The notes under the pieces are model-generated. The model was not told the DNA's origin. It was given only the letters and a program-made list of their open reading frames with translations, and ran no database searches. 64,000 nucleotides of DNA. Origin: Thiobacillus sp. (lineage in GTDB: Bacteria; Pseudomonadota; Gammaproteobacteria; Burkholderiales; Thiobacillaceae). Every line of letters begins with the position of its first letter. Within the stretch, counting starts at the first letter, position 1. Positions 1 to 9,943 of this stretch are shown here, in pieces. The stretch lies in contig JAGVGD010000175.1 in the NCBI GenBank assembly GCA_020057245.1, forward strand, positions 10,353 to 74,352, given 5' to 3'. Made by a program: the position numbers and the translations under genes.

Positions 1-12
1 CCAGTTACGCAT
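1..12 (-). CDS. pstA: Probable 5' end of phosphate ABC permease PstA (runs off window)
   Basis: ATG-CGT-AAC-TGG 11 nt after the pstC stop, preceded by GGAA; expected pstSCAB order. Only 4 codons visible. Confidence 0.5.
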
Positions 13-23
13 CGCTAGATTCC

Positions 24-2303
24 TTAGAGAGAGCTGTATTTCTCGCGCAAGCGCTGGCGAACCAGCTCGGCCAGGGTGTTGATGAAGAAGGTGAAGATGA
101 ACAGCACCAGGGCGGAGAAGAAAAGCAGCAGATAATGGGTTGAGCCCACCGCTGCCTCGGGCATCTCCACGCCAATATTGGCCGACAGGGTGCGAAAGCC
201 GGTGAAGATGGACATATCCATCACCGCCGTGTTGCCCGTGGCCATCAGCACGATCATGGTTTCGCCGATGGCACGGCCAAAGCCGACCATGATGGCGGAG
301 AAGATACCGGGACTGGCCGTCAGCAGCACGACGTTGAACAAGGTCTGCCAAGGTGTCGCACCGAGCGCCAGGGAGCCGCTGGTCAGGTGCTTGGGCACGG
401 AAAATATCGCATCTTCGGCGATGGAAAAGATGATGGGAATGGCCGCAAAGCCCATGGCGATACCGACCACCAGGGAGTTGCGCTGCTCATAGGACCAGCC
501 CAGCTCGTTACTCACCCAACGCGGCATGTCGCCGTTGAAGTATGCAGCCTCGATGGGATGGCCTAGCGAGACCGCCCCCCATATCACCAGAATGATTACG
601 GGGACCAGCAGGGCAGCTTCCCAACCTGGCCCTACGTTTTTGATCCATTTCCGGGGAAGTCGATGCCAAACCCATGCCGCGATCACGAAACTGAAGGGCA
701 ATAGGAAGATCGCCATCAGCGTTCCAGCGAGGTTGTTGTCAACGAAGGGTGCCAGCCACAAACCGGCCAGAAAACCCAGAATGACGGTGGGTAGCGCTTC
801 CATGATTTCGATGGAGGGCTTGACCACGCTACGCATCTTCGGCGACATGAAATACGCCGCGAAAATGGCCCCCAGCACCGCCAGCGGAACCGCCACCAGC
901 ATGGCGTAAAAAGCCGCCTTCAGGGTGCCGAAGGTGAGCGGTGCAACACTGAATTTAGGCTCGAAATCGGAGTTGGCTGCGGCCGATTGCCAGACGTAAT
1001 CGGGCTTCTCGTAACTCTCGTACCAGACCTTGCCCCACAACGAGGCAAAGGAGATTTCAGGATATTCGTTCTCGATATGGGCAGAACGGATTTCGCCCTT
1101 TTCTGTTTCCAGAACGACAGCGTTGGCGCGCGGTGCAAAGGCCGCCAGGCGCGCCGGAGAACCATCGGTGGCGCGCTCGACCAGCAGGCGCTCGGAGGTG
1201 GCGTAATAGAGATTCACCGCCCCTTTTTCGTCTGCAGCCACGAAGCCCTTGCGGGCATGCTCCGGGGCAACCAGGGTGATCGCCGCACCCATCGGTTTGA
1301 ATTCGCGGATACGGGTCAAGGTGTTCTTATTGTTGGCGTCGCGCACCTGGAACCACTGAGCCAGGCGCCCTTTGTCGGTGCCTACAATGAGCGAGAAACC
1401 ACCCGACAACAGTGCCGCCGCCGTGACGCGTTCGCCCTCCGGCACGACCACGACGGTCTGCACCAGTTTCGCTTCGTCCTTGTTCTGAACATCGAAATGA
1501 CTGACGAAGCGACCTCCGTGAACGACGTAGAGATCACGCTGCTTGACTTCCAGCAGGATCTGGTCGATCTCGCCTTTCAGCTTCGGCAATTCCTGGAAGG
1601 CTGCACGCTCGGTGGTGACCGATTCACCGGTGAAATCACTCTCGCTGGTGAAGTAAGTCAACAGCAGTCGATTGTCTTCAGTCAATGCGATGGCTGTGGT
1701 CCCGTCCTCGTCATGCTGGATGGCCAGGCGCTTCAGTGGCTGGCCCGCATCGTCCACCACCAGGGCATCGGTACCCAGCGGGTAAACCAGACCTGGGACA
1801 ATGCTGCGGACATCCTTTTTGGCGTCTTTGGGATCCTGGGTAAAGCTGACCTTGTAATCGTCTTTTAACAGCACGATACGCCCGTCCGCGAGGCCAAACG
1901 CCATGATCCGCTTGCGCAGGTCGCCTACCGCAAAACTGGTGGCTTGAACCGATTCCGGCAGGCTCACCCGTTCCTGTTGCAGCGGCTTGCCGTCGCGCGT
2001 GCTGAAGAAGGTAGCACTTCCCTGACTCGCAACGCGGACACCAATCTCGACCTGCTCCTCCAGCGCCAAATGAACCGTCGACTGGTCCACCAGCGCCGGC
2101 ACCGCCAAGGGCTTCAGGTCGTCCATGTGAGGGGGCATGAACAGTGGCGCGACCACGCCGGCCAGATAGAAAAAGATCGTACTGATCGCGATGATCACAC
2201 TCAAGCCGCCAAAGACCATGACGTACTTGAACAGCTTGTCTTTCGCCATCCGGCGGCCAGTGTAACCACCGGCGGAGGTTATGCTGGCCTCAATCTTTTC
2301 CAT
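24..2303 (-). CDS. pstC: Phosphate ABC transporter permease PstC, long form with large periplasmic domain
   Basis: C-terminal permease motifs (KPSIEIMEALPTVILG, GSLALGATPWQT, GRAIGETMIVLMATGN); downstream of pstS. Confidence 0.93.
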   Translation of the reverse strand: MEKIEASITSAGGYTGRRMAKDKLFKYVMVFGGLSVIIAISTIFFYLAGVVAPLFMPPHMDDLKPLAVPALVDQSTVHLALEEQVEIGVRVASQGSATFFSTRDGKPLQQERVSLPESVQATSFAVGDLRKRIMAFGLADGRIVLLKDDYKVSFTQDPKDAKKDVRSIVPGLVYPLGTDALVVDDAGQPLKRLAIQHDEDGTTAIALTEDNRLLLTYFTSESDFTGESVTTERAAFQELPKLKGEIDQILLEVKQRDLYVVHGGRFVSHFDVQNKDEAKLVQTVVVVPEGERVTAAALLSGGFSLIVGTDKGRLAQWFQVRDANNKNTLTRIREFKPMGAAITLVAPEHARKGFVAADEKGAVNLYYATSERLLVERATDGSPARLAAFAPRANAVVLETEKGEIRSAHIENEYPEISFASLWGKVWYESYEKPDYVWQSAAANSDFEPKFSVAPLTFGTLKAAFYAMLVAVPLAVLGAIFAAYFMSPKMRSVVKPSIEIMEALPTVILGFLAGLWLAPFVDNNLAGTLMAIFLLPFSFVIAAWVWHRLPRKWIKNVGPGWEAALLVPVIILVIWGAVSLGHPIEAAYFNGDMPRWVSNELGWSYEQRNSLVVGIAMGFAAIPIIFSIAEDAIFSVPKHLTSGSLALGATPWQTLFNVVLLTASPGIFSAIMVGFGRAIGETMIVLMATGNTAVMDMSIFTGFRTLSANIGVEMPEAAVGSTHYLLLFFSALVLFIFTFFINTLAELVRQRLREKYSSL

Positions 2304-2360
2304 GGTTCACCACTCTATCCATCGCCATTCACCCACTTGCGCCAAGCGCACTAATCCGGG

Positions 2361-2395
2361 AAAAAAGTGGGTCGAACCAGGATATGGTTCGACCC
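2361..2395 (-). terminator. Terminator-like hairpin between lipoprotein gene and pstC
   Basis: Perfect 11-bp stem GGGTCGAACCA/TGGTTCGACCC, then AC and T6 on the minus strand. Confidence 0.75.
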
Positions 2396-2424
2396 TGTTC
2401 GCGGACGCTTGATAGCCGACTGGA

Positions 2425-3039
2425 TTATTTTGCTTTGTGAAGCTGATTGAACTGCTCGATCAGGGCCTCGGGGCGACCACTATCCTTGGTCTTGTTGTTC
2501 AAGGCATAGATCACGGTCTCGCCCTTGGGGCCGGTGCCGATTTCGGTATAGGTGAAGGTGATTTCCTTGTGGGCCAGATAGTCCTGGAAATCCTTCCACT
2601 CGCCGAAGACGTGATAGCGCCCATTGCGCACCACTTCGCCGTAGAAGGCGCCGACATCCTTGGTCCGGCCGTCGTAGATATCTTCGGCGGCAGTCGGCTT
2701 GTCCAGTTGATCGCCTTCCTTGCTGGTGATGCCAAAGACCACGGTTTCACCCTCTGGGCCACCGCCAACCCGGGCACGGGTCAGGGGGACTTCATCGTTT
2801 TCCATCAGTCCGAGGTAGATCTTCGGTTCGGTCATGGCGTAAATGCGACCGTTCTCGTGGAAGACCATGAAATAGGTCTGCTTCTGGGCTGTGGCTTCAG
2901 CTTTTTTCGCTGCCGGGGCGCTTTCGGTCTTGCCAACTGCCGGGGTTTGGCTGGTACTGGTGGCACAACCACCCATAGCACCCAGCACGAACAGGGCGGA
3001 CAGCGCGATAACGGACTTTCGCTGCAACGTGTTTAGCAT
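2425..3039 (-). CDS. Uncharacterised lipoprotein with two ~76-aa internal repeats
   Basis: Signal peptide with lipobox-like AMGG-C25; NGR..GPxGETV motif twice at 76-aa period; GGAG RBS. Confidence 0.85.
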   Translation of the reverse strand: MLNTLQRKSVIALSALFVLGAMGGCATSTSQTPAVGKTESAPAAKKAEATAQKQTYFMVFHENGRIYAMTEPKIYLGLMENDEVPLTRARVGGGPEGETVVFGITSKEGDQLDKPTAAEDIYDGRTKDVGAFYGEVVRNGRYHVFGEWKDFQDYLAHKEITFTYTEIGTGPKGETVIYALNNKTKDSGRPEALIEQFNQLHKAK

Positions 3040-3109
3040 GTTTTCACTCCATTTTGATTGTCTGTGCGTACCCCATCAGGGGCACGCAGCGGAGAAAATG
3101 CAAGCGGGA

Positions 3110-4096
3110 TCAGTTGATGCCCAAGTCGCTCAGCGCCTTATTAACCATCGCGGCAGGCATCGGTACGAAGCCGTCCTTGACCACCACTTCCTGGCCCTGC
3201 TTCGACAGCACCATCTTGAAGAACTCGCGCTCCAGAGGCTGCAGGGGCTGGTTCGGACGCTTGTTCACATAGACATAAAGCACGCGCGACAGCGGATAGC
3301 TCTTGTTGAGCGCATTTTCAGCCGTGGCCGCAACGAAGGGTTCGCCGTCTTTTTTAGCCAGGGGAAGAGCACGCACGCCGGAGGTGATGTAGCCGATGCC
3401 GGAGTAGCCGATGGCGCCAATCTGACCCGTCACGCTCTGCACCACGGAAGCAGAACCCGGTTGCTCAGCCACACGCTTGGAGAAGTCACCCTTGCACAGG
3501 GCCTTTTCCTTGAAGTAGCCGTAGGTGCCGGACACGGAGTTGCGGCCGTACAAGGCGATAGGGCGACCCGCCCAGTCACCCGTCATGCCCACATCACCCC
3601 ACTTGCTAATTTCCTTCACGCCGCCGCATTTGCGGGTCGAAGACATGATGGCGTCGACCTGGGGAATGGACAGACCCGCAACCGGGTTGTCCTTGTTCAC
3701 ATACACGGCCAGCGCGTCGATCGCGACGGGCACAGCGGTGGGCTTGTAACCATGTTTCTTTTCGAAGGCAACGATTTCATCGTCCTTCATGGTCCGGCTC
3801 ATCGGACCGAAGTTGGCCGCGCCCTGGATCAGTGCGGGTGGCGCGGTGGAGGAGCCGGCGCCCTGGATCTGGATGTTGACGTTGGGATAGAAGCGCTTGT
3901 AGGACTCGGCCCACAGCGTCATCAGGTTATTCAGGGTGTCGGAGCCAACGCTGGTGAAGTTGCCGGAGACGCCACTGGCTTTCTGATAGGTCGGCAGAGC
4001 GGGATCGACCTTGACGGCCTGGGCAACGGCGCTTTGCGCCACGAAGGCGGAACCGGCGATGATGCCGAGAGCCGTAACGAGCTTCTTCATGTTCAT
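3110..4096 (-). CDS. pstS: Phosphate-binding periplasmic protein PstS
   Basis: [41 protein letters not shown] motifs; signal peptide. Confidence 0.96.
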   Translation of the reverse strand: MNMKKLVTALGIIAGSAFVAQSAVAQAVKVDPALPTYQKASGVSGNFTSVGSDTLNNLMTLWAESYKRFYPNVNIQIQGAGSSTAPPALIQGAANFGPMSRTMKDDEIVAFEKKHGYKPTAVPVAIDALAVYVNKDNPVAGLSIPQVDAIMSSTRKCGGVKEISKWGDVGMTGDWAGRPIALYGRNSVSGTYGYFKEKALCKGDFSKRVAEQPGSASVVQSVTGQIGAIGYSGIGYITSGVRALPLAKKDGEPFVAATAENALNKSYPLSRVLYVYVNKRPNQPLQPLEREFFKMVLSKQGQEVVVKDGFVPMPAAMVNKALSDLGIN

Positions 4097-4159
4097 TCTG
4101 GAGGACTCCTGTATAGGGATTAAATATCATCTTGAACATCAGCAGGCGCCACGTTCAAG

Positions 4160-4200
4160 ATGACAAATTTTATACAGGAGACATTACAGAATTATTTCAA
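4160..4200 (-). promoter_or_regulatory. Tandem Pho boxes (PhoB sites) upstream of pstS
   Basis: Minus strand TTGAAAT-AATT-CTGTAAT and CTGTATA-AAAT-TTGTCAT: heptamers at 11-bp spacing resembling CTGTCAT-N4-CTGTCAY. Confidence 0.75.
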
Positions 4201-4235
4201 AAAACTTCTGCGGGTTTTGTCTGTTCGACATGTCC

Positions 4236-5600
4236 TTAAACGTGTTCGCTCACCCGACGCACCACAGCGGCAATCTCTTCGGCCATGAGCTGAACCGGCT
4301 TTTCTTCGCGCCCCTCCACCATGACACGGATCACCGGCTCGGTGCCAGACGCACGCAGCACGATGCGGCCGTTGCCATTGAGCACCGCCTCCGCCGCGGC
4401 TACCGCCGCCTTAAGTTCCCCAGAATCGTCGGGCTTAAAACCTTTTGAAACGCGCACATTTATCATGACTTGAGGATAGGTTTCCAGATCAGCCGTAATG
4501 GTATCCAGCGTTTCGCCCGTTTCGCGCAGTGCGCGCAGCACCTGCAGGGCAGAAACAATACCGTCTCCCGTCGTGTGCTTGTCCAGGCACAGGATGTGTC
4601 CCGAGGTTTCACCGCCCAGTGTCCAGCCATTGGCCAGCAGGCGTTCCATGACATAGCGGTCGCCCACCTTTGCGCGCTCGAACGGAACCTGGGCGCGCCC
4701 GAGTGCATGCTCCGTACCCAGATTGGTCATCAAGGTGCCAACCACCCCCCCCTTCATGTAACCGGTCTGGATGCGGTGACGCGCGATCACATAAACCAGC
4801 TGGTCGCCGTCATAGATCCGCCCTTGCGCATCGGCCATCATGAGGCGATCGCCGTCCCCATCCAGCGCGATCCCCACGTCGGCACGGTGAGTACGTACCG
4901 CGTCCGCCAGGGTCTTGGTATACGTGGCGCCGCATTCATCATTGATATTGAAGCCATTCGGTTCATTGCCGATGGCGATCACCTCGGCACCCAGCTCATG
5001 CAGTACATGCGGCGCGACGTGATAGGTCGCACCATGCGCACAATCGACCACGATGCGCATCCCGCGCAGGTCGAGGTGATTCGGGTAAGTGCTCTTGCAA
5101 AACTCGATGTAACGCGCGGCGGCATCCTCGATGCGCCGCGCACGCCCCAACTGGCGGGCTTCAACCGTCACAATCGGGAAGTCCAGCCGCGCTTCGATGG
5201 CTTCTTCCACGCTGTCCGGCAGCTTTTGCCCGCTGGCCGAAAAGAATTTGATGCCGTTGTCCTCGAACGGATTGTGCGAGGCGGAGATCACCACACCGGC
5301 CTGCAAGCGCAATGCGCGCGTCAGATACGCAACCGCGGGGGTAGGCATTGGCCCGGTCATCAGCACGTTCACCCCGGCAGCGGTAAAGCCGGCTTCCAAG
5401 GCGGCTTCCAGCATGTAGCCGGAGATCCGGGTGTCCTTGCCGATCAGCACCGTCGGATGCTGGTTCGGCGGCAGGCTGCCGCGGTCAGCCACCAGGACCT
5501 GTCCGGCGGCGTAGCCCAGGTGCATGACAAATTCAGGTGTGATCGGCGACTCCCCAACCTTGCCACGCACCCCGTCCGTCCCAAAATACTTGCGTCCCAT
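4236..5600 (-). CDS. glmM: Phosphoglucosamine mutase
   Basis: [24 protein letters not shown] motifs; ftsH-folP-glmM order. Confidence 0.97.
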   Translation of the reverse strand: MGRKYFGTDGVRGKVGESPITPEFVMHLGYAAGQVLVADRGSLPPNQHPTVLIGKDTRISGYMLEAALEAGFTAAGVNVLMTGPMPTPAVAYLTRALRLQAGVVISASHNPFEDNGIKFFSASGQKLPDSVEEAIEARLDFPIVTVEARQLGRARRIEDAAARYIEFCKSTYPNHLDLRGMRIVVDCAHGATYHVAPHVLHELGAEVIAIGNEPNGFNINDECGATYTKTLADAVRTHRADVGIALDGDGDRLMMADAQGRIYDGDQLVYVIARHRIQTGYMKGGVVGTLMTNLGTEHALGRAQVPFERAKVGDRYVMERLLANGWTLGGETSGHILCLDKHTTGDGIVSALQVLRALRETGETLDTITADLETYPQVMINVRVSKGFKPDDSGELKAAVAAAEAVLNGNGRIVLRASGTEPVIRVMVEGREEKPVQLMAEEIAAVVRRVSEHV

Positions 5601-5603
5601 TAT

Positions 5604-6431
5604 TTATGTCCCCTCAACAGCGTTCCAAATGGCCAGCGCATCCCGCATGGCCGCAACTTGATGTACCCGCAGCACGCGCGCACCGCGTGCCACCGCCAGC
5701 AGGTGAGCTGCCACACTGGCAAACTCACGTTGCTCGATCTCGCGTCCGGTCAGTTGACCCAGCATCGATTTGCGCGACATCCCCACCAGCACCGGCACGC
5801 CCAATTCAAGCAGCCGGTCAAGATGCTTGAGCAAGGCCAGATTGTGTTCCAGGGATTTGCCAAAACCGAAACCCGGATCAATCAGCAGCCGCGCCCGCGG
5901 GATACCGACCGCTTCACAGGCCCGCACCCTGCCCGCTAAAAACTGCAGTACTTCGGCCACGACATTTTCATAGGCGGGCGCCTGCTGCATGGTTTGCGGC
6001 TCGCCCTGCATATGCATCAAACATGCCGCCGCTCCGGATTTCGCGACTGCTTCCAGCGCGCCGGGCGCCTGCAAGGCCATCACGTCATTCACCATGACTG
6101 CACCTGCCTCCAGGGCGGCCCGCATCACTTCCGGCTTTTTGGTATCGACCGACACCACACATCCCTGACATGCCAGCGCCTCAATGACAGGCACCACACG
6201 GCTGATTTCCTCGTTCGCGGGCACGTGCACAGCGCCCGGGCGGGTTGACTCCCCACCAACGTCGAGGATATCGGCACCTTCGTCACGGAGCTGAAGGGCA
6301 TGCTGGATGGCAGAACGTGTATCCAGACAACGTCCACCATCCGAAAACGAGTCCGGCGTGGTATTGACGATGCCCATGATGAGCGGCTTGAGCAGGGAAA
6401 GGCGGTGCGAGCCTGCGTGGAGGACGGACAT
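5604..6431 (-). CDS. folP: Dihydropteroate synthase
   Basis: IMGIVNTTPDSFSDGG, GGESTRPGA, DPGFGFGK, SRKS. Confidence 0.97.
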   Translation of the reverse strand: MSVLHAGSHRLSLLKPLIMGIVNTTPDSFSDGGRCLDTRSAIQHALQLRDEGADILDVGGESTRPGAVHVPANEEISRVVPVIEALACQGCVVSVDTKKPEVMRAALEAGAVMVNDVMALQAPGALEAVAKSGAAACLMHMQGEPQTMQQAPAYENVVAEVLQFLAGRVRACEAVGIPRARLLIDPGFGFGKSLEHNLALLKHLDRLLELGVPVLVGMSRKSMLGQLTGREIEQREFASVAAHLLAVARGARVLRVHQVAAMRDALAIWNAVEGT

Positions 6432-6460
6432 AAAAATAGAGGAGCCGAAGCCCCTCTATT
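6432..6460 (-). terminator. Terminator hairpin after ftsH, abutting folP start
   Basis: Minus strand AATAGAGGGGC-TTCG-GCTCCTCTATT-TTT then ATG. Confidence 0.65.
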
Positions 6461-6487
6461 GTAGTGCGTCAAACCCGATCGCGCCGT

Positions 6488-8386
6488 TCAGGTTTCCTGT
6501 GCCGGTTGAACAGTTGGCGCAGGCGCACTGGGCTTATCGCCCCCACTTGCTGGCGGCTGCGGCGTTGCGGAGGAGGAAGGCTTGGGTGGACGCACCGTGC
6601 GGCCAGCCATGATGTCACCGATCTGCTCAGCATCGATGGTTTCATATTCCAGCAGCGCGGCAGTCATCGCCTCAACCTTGTCGCGACTTTCGGTCAGGAT
6701 CTTGGTCGCCAGCGCATACTGCTCGTCGAGAATGCGGCGAATTTCAGCATCCACCTTCTGCATCGTGGTTTCGCTCATGTTCTTGTGCGTCGTCACCGAA
6801 CGTCCCAGGAACACTTCCCCTTCGTTTTCGCCATAGACCATCGGGCCCAGGGCGGCCGACATGCCGTAACGCGTCACCATGTCACGCGCAATGCTGGTTG
6901 CGCGCTCGAAGTCGTTCGATGCGCCAGTCGAAATGCTACCGACAAAGATCTCTTCTGCGACGCGGCCACCAAACAGCATGCTGATCTGCGCCAGCATCTG
7001 ATCCTGATACAGGCTGAAGCGATCGGTTTCCGGCAGCGACATGGTCACGCCGAGTGCACGGCCACGCGGAATCACGGTCACTTTGTGCACCGGATCGCAG
7101 CCCGGCAAGGTCATCCCGATCACCGCATGACCCGACTCGTGATAAGCCGTTTTTTTCTTGTCTTCAGGCGTAATCACCATGGATTTGCGCTCGGCGCCCA
7201 TGAAAATTTTGTCCTTGGCCTGCTCAAAATCGTCCATATCGACCAAGCGCTTGTTGCTGCGAGCAGCAAACAATGCCGCCTCATTGACCAGATTGGCGAG
7301 ATCCGCACCCGACATGCCTGGCGTGCCCCGCGCCAGAATATCGGCACGCACATCGGGCGCGACCGGCACCTTGCGCATGTGCACCAGCAATATCTGCTCG
7401 CGGCCACGGATATCAGGCAAGCCAACCACCACCTGGCGGTCAAAACGGCCGGGGCGCAACAAAGCGGGATCAAGCACGTCAGGACGGTTGGTTGCGGCAA
7501 TCACGATCACGCCGCTGACGCCTTCAAATCCGTCCATTTCAACCAACAATTGATTCAGGGTCTGTTCACGTTCGTCGTTACCGCCGCCCAAGCCCGCACC
7601 GCGCTGGCGACCCACGGCATCAATCTCGTCGATAAAAATAATACAAGGCGCGCTTTTCTTCGCCTGCTCGAACATGTCACGTACACGCGATGCGCCCACG
7701 CCAACAAACATCTCCACAAAATCGGAACCTGAAATACTGTAGAACGGCACCTTGGCCTCGCCTGCGATCGCACGTGCCAGCAGGGTTTTACCGGTACCAG
7801 GCGAGCCAACCAGCAACACCCCACGGGGAATCCGTCCACCCAGTTTCTGGAACTTTGTCGGGTCTTTCAGGAAATCAACCAGCTCGGCAACATCCTCCTT
7901 GGCCTCATCACAGCCCGCCACGTCGGCGAACGTCACTGGGGTTACGTTTTCATCAAGCAAACGAGCCCGGCTCTTGCCAAACGAGAACGCACCGCCTTTA
8001 CCACCGCCTTGCATCTGGCGCATGAAGAAGATCCACACGCCGATCAGCAACAACATGGGGAACCATGAAATAAACAGGCTCATCAGGAAAGAAGGCTGTT
8101 CTTCGGGCTTTGCCTCGACCGACACGCCATTTTTCAGCAGGTCAGACACCATCCAGGGATCGCTCGGCGCATAACTGGTGAAACGCTGGCCGTCAGCCCG
8201 CTCACCCTTTAGCACGTTGCCTTCGATCACCACCTTGGTAATTTCCTGCGAGCGCACCGCCTCGATGAACTGCGAATACGGCATCTGCGTCTGCGCAGTA
8301 CGCTGAGCACCGAACTGATTGAATACCGTCATCAGGACAACGGCAACGATCAGCCAGATGGCGATGTTTTTAGGCAAATTGTTCAA
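6488..8386 (-). CDS. ftsH: ATP-dependent zinc metalloprotease FtsH
   Basis: Two TM segments, Walker [23 protein letters not shown] zinc motif; TTG start with AAGGAG RBS. Confidence 0.98.
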   Translation of the reverse strand: MNNLPKNIAIWLIVAVVLMTVFNQFGAQRTAQTQMPYSQFIEAVRSQEITKVVIEGNVLKGERADGQRFTSYAPSDPWMVSDLLKNGVSVEAKPEEQPSFLMSLFISWFPMLLLIGVWIFFMRQMQGGGKGGAFSFGKSRARLLDENVTPVTFADVAGCDEAKEDVAELVDFLKDPTKFQKLGGRIPRGVLLVGSPGTGKTLLARAIAGEAKVPFYSISGSDFVEMFVGVGASRVRDMFEQAKKSAPCIIFIDEIDAVGRQRGAGLGGGNDEREQTLNQLLVEMDGFEGVSGVIVIAATNRPDVLDPALLRPGRFDRQVVVGLPDIRGREQILLVHMRKVPVAPDVRADILARGTPGMSGADLANLVNEAALFAARSNKRLVDMDDFEQAKDKIFMGAERKSMVITPEDKKKTAYHESGHAVIGMTLPGCDPVHKVTVIPRGRALGVTMSLPETDRFSLYQDQMLAQISMLFGGRVAEEIFVGSISTGASNDFERATSIARDMVTRYGMSAALGPMVYGENEGEVFLGRSVTTHKNMSETTMQKVDAEIRRILDEQYALATKILTESRDKVEAMTAALLEYETIDAEQIGDIMAGRTVRPPKPSSSATPQPPASGGDKPSAPAPTVQPAQET

Positions 8387-8432
8387 AATTACTCCTTCGT
8401 GCCATGTTCAGCACATCTCATTCAAGCAGATA

Positions 8433-8449
8433 TTTAGACTCATTCTAAG
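8433..8449. promoter_or_regulatory. 7-1-7 palindrome overlapping the putative ftsH -10 (TAGAAT)
   Basis: TTTAGACTCATTCTAAG; near-identical to the palindrome upstream of rubrerythrin. Confidence 0.4.
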
Positions 8450-8450
8450 C

Positions 8451-9128
8451 CTACTCCTGCAAACTTGTCACGATCGCTTCATCGACAGCCGCAACGTTCC
8501 CAAGCGGCCCGCGCCCCAACAGATAGACTTCAGTGCTGCGATCGCGTGAGGAATCAGGTTTGCGGATATGGACCTGGCTGAAAGCCTGCCGCATCTGCGT
8601 CCGAAAATCTTCAAACCCAACGCCTTGAAATACTTTGACCAGAAATGCCCCGTCTGGTTTCAGCCAGGTCTTCGCAAAATCCAGCGCCAATTCGCACAAT
8701 TCATAGTGACGCGCCTGATCCCGCAGCATCACCCCGCTGATATTGGGTGCCATGTCGCTTAATACAAGGTCAACCCGCCCGGATTTCAACTTGTCTTCCA
8801 GCCAGTTCAAGGCGGAGAGGTCAGTAAAGTCGCCCTCCAGGCTCTCGACTCCCGGCATCGGCGCCACGGGCAGCAAATCGATCGCCAGTACCCTGCCCTG
8901 CTTTTTAAGCTTCTGCACCGCAACCTGGCACCAGCTTCCGGGGGCCGCCCCCAAATCCACCACCGTCATGCCGGCACGCAACAAATGGTCGCGCTTGTCG
9001 ATTTCCAGCAATTTGTATGCAGCACGTGAGCGGTATCCGTCCAGTTGTGCCTTTTTCACATAGGGGTCGGTTACGTGCTCGTGCATCCAGGCGCTGCCCG
9101 ATTTGGTTCGCTTCGCTTTCTGGCCCAT
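8451..9128 (-). CDS. rlmE: 23S rRNA Um2552 methyltransferase RlmE (FtsJ)
   Basis: GYRSRAAYKL, DLGAAPGSW, SDMAPN, KVFQG, SSRDRSTEVY. Confidence 0.96.
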   Translation of the reverse strand: MGQKAKRTKSGSAWMHEHVTDPYVKKAQLDGYRSRAAYKLLEIDKRDHLLRAGMTVVDLGAAPGSWCQVAVQKLKKQGRVLAIDLLPVAPMPGVESLEGDFTDLSALNWLEDKLKSGRVDLVLSDMAPNISGVMLRDQARHYELCELALDFAKTWLKPDGAFLVKVFQGVGFEDFRTQMRQAFSQVHIRKPDSSRDRSTEVYLLGRGPLGNVAAVDEAIVTSLQE

Positions 9129-9168
9129 CTCTATCGGCTACAATCCTCGCTCAGTTTAAGGAACATGC

Positions 9169-9465
9169 ATGAAAACGCTTACCACCGAACAAAAGCAGTA
9201 TCTGAAAGGGCTGGCGCACAATCGCCAGCCTGTCGTCATGATAGGAAATCACGGCCTGACCCCTGCCGTTTTGAAGGAAATCGATCTTGCACTCAATGCG
9301 CACGAGCTTATCAAGATCAAGGCGGCTAGCGGCGAGCTTGAAACGCGCCGCGCTTGGATGGAGGAAATCTGCGCCTCAACCGGGGCTGCGCCGGTACAAC
9401 AAATCGGCAAAGTTCTGGTGATTTATCGCGCAGGCAGCAAACCCGCCATCACCTTGCCCAAGTAA
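9169..9465 (+). CDS. yhbY: Ribosome assembly RNA-binding protein YhbY (CRM domain)
   Basis: LKGLAH..PVVMIG..GLT, HELIKIK, VQQIGKVLVIYR; divergent from rlmE. Confidence 0.94.
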   Translation: MKTLTTEQKQYLKGLAHNRQPVVMIGNHGLTPAVLKEIDLALNAHELIKIKAASGELETRRAWMEEICASTGAAPVQQIGKVLVIYRAGSKPAITLPK

Positions 9466-9482
9466 ACATCGGCCAGAGGGGG

Positions 9483-9941
9483 TTATCGCGCCAGCCCCGC
9501 TCGCCAGATCAGCAACAGGCCCAGCGCACTCTGGATCAGATAAAGAATGCTCGACACGCCGTGCCAGCGCGCAAAGCGGTCGGCAAACACGCTCTGCATC
9601 ACCGCATGCGGCATGGCCTGGTCTTTCAGGCCTTGCATGATCGGCTGAATGCCAAAATGGCCTGCCAGGGTCAATGCCAGCATCAACGCCACCGCCCAGA
9701 AAAAAAACGTCTTCAGCGCGCCGCCGCCGTCGCGGACAAGCCGATATATCAACAGGTAGCTCGCCGCCGCAATCGCGATCCACGCCATCAACTCAAACAA
9801 TTTTCCGGCCAGCATGCCGGCCAATTGCTTGTCATCCAGATTGGCGAACAGCACCGGCGCCGCAACATAGCCGATTGCCCACATGCCGCCGATCCACAGC
9901 ACCAGCGCCACCCCGGCCAGGCCATCCCAGAATCGCCGCAT
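9483..9941 (-). CDS. DUF4149 family membrane protein
   Basis: LWIGGMWAIGYVAAPVLF, AGMLAGKLF, FARWHGVSSILYL; usual position after greA. Confidence 0.85.
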   Translation of the reverse strand: MRRFWDGLAGVALVLWIGGMWAIGYVAAPVLFANLDDKQLAGMLAGKLFELMAWIAIAAASYLLIYRLVRDGGGALKTFFFWAVALMLALTLAGHFGIQPIMQGLKDQAMPHAVMQSVFADRFARWHGVSSILYLIQSALGLLLIWRAGLAR

Positions 9942-9943
9942 GC

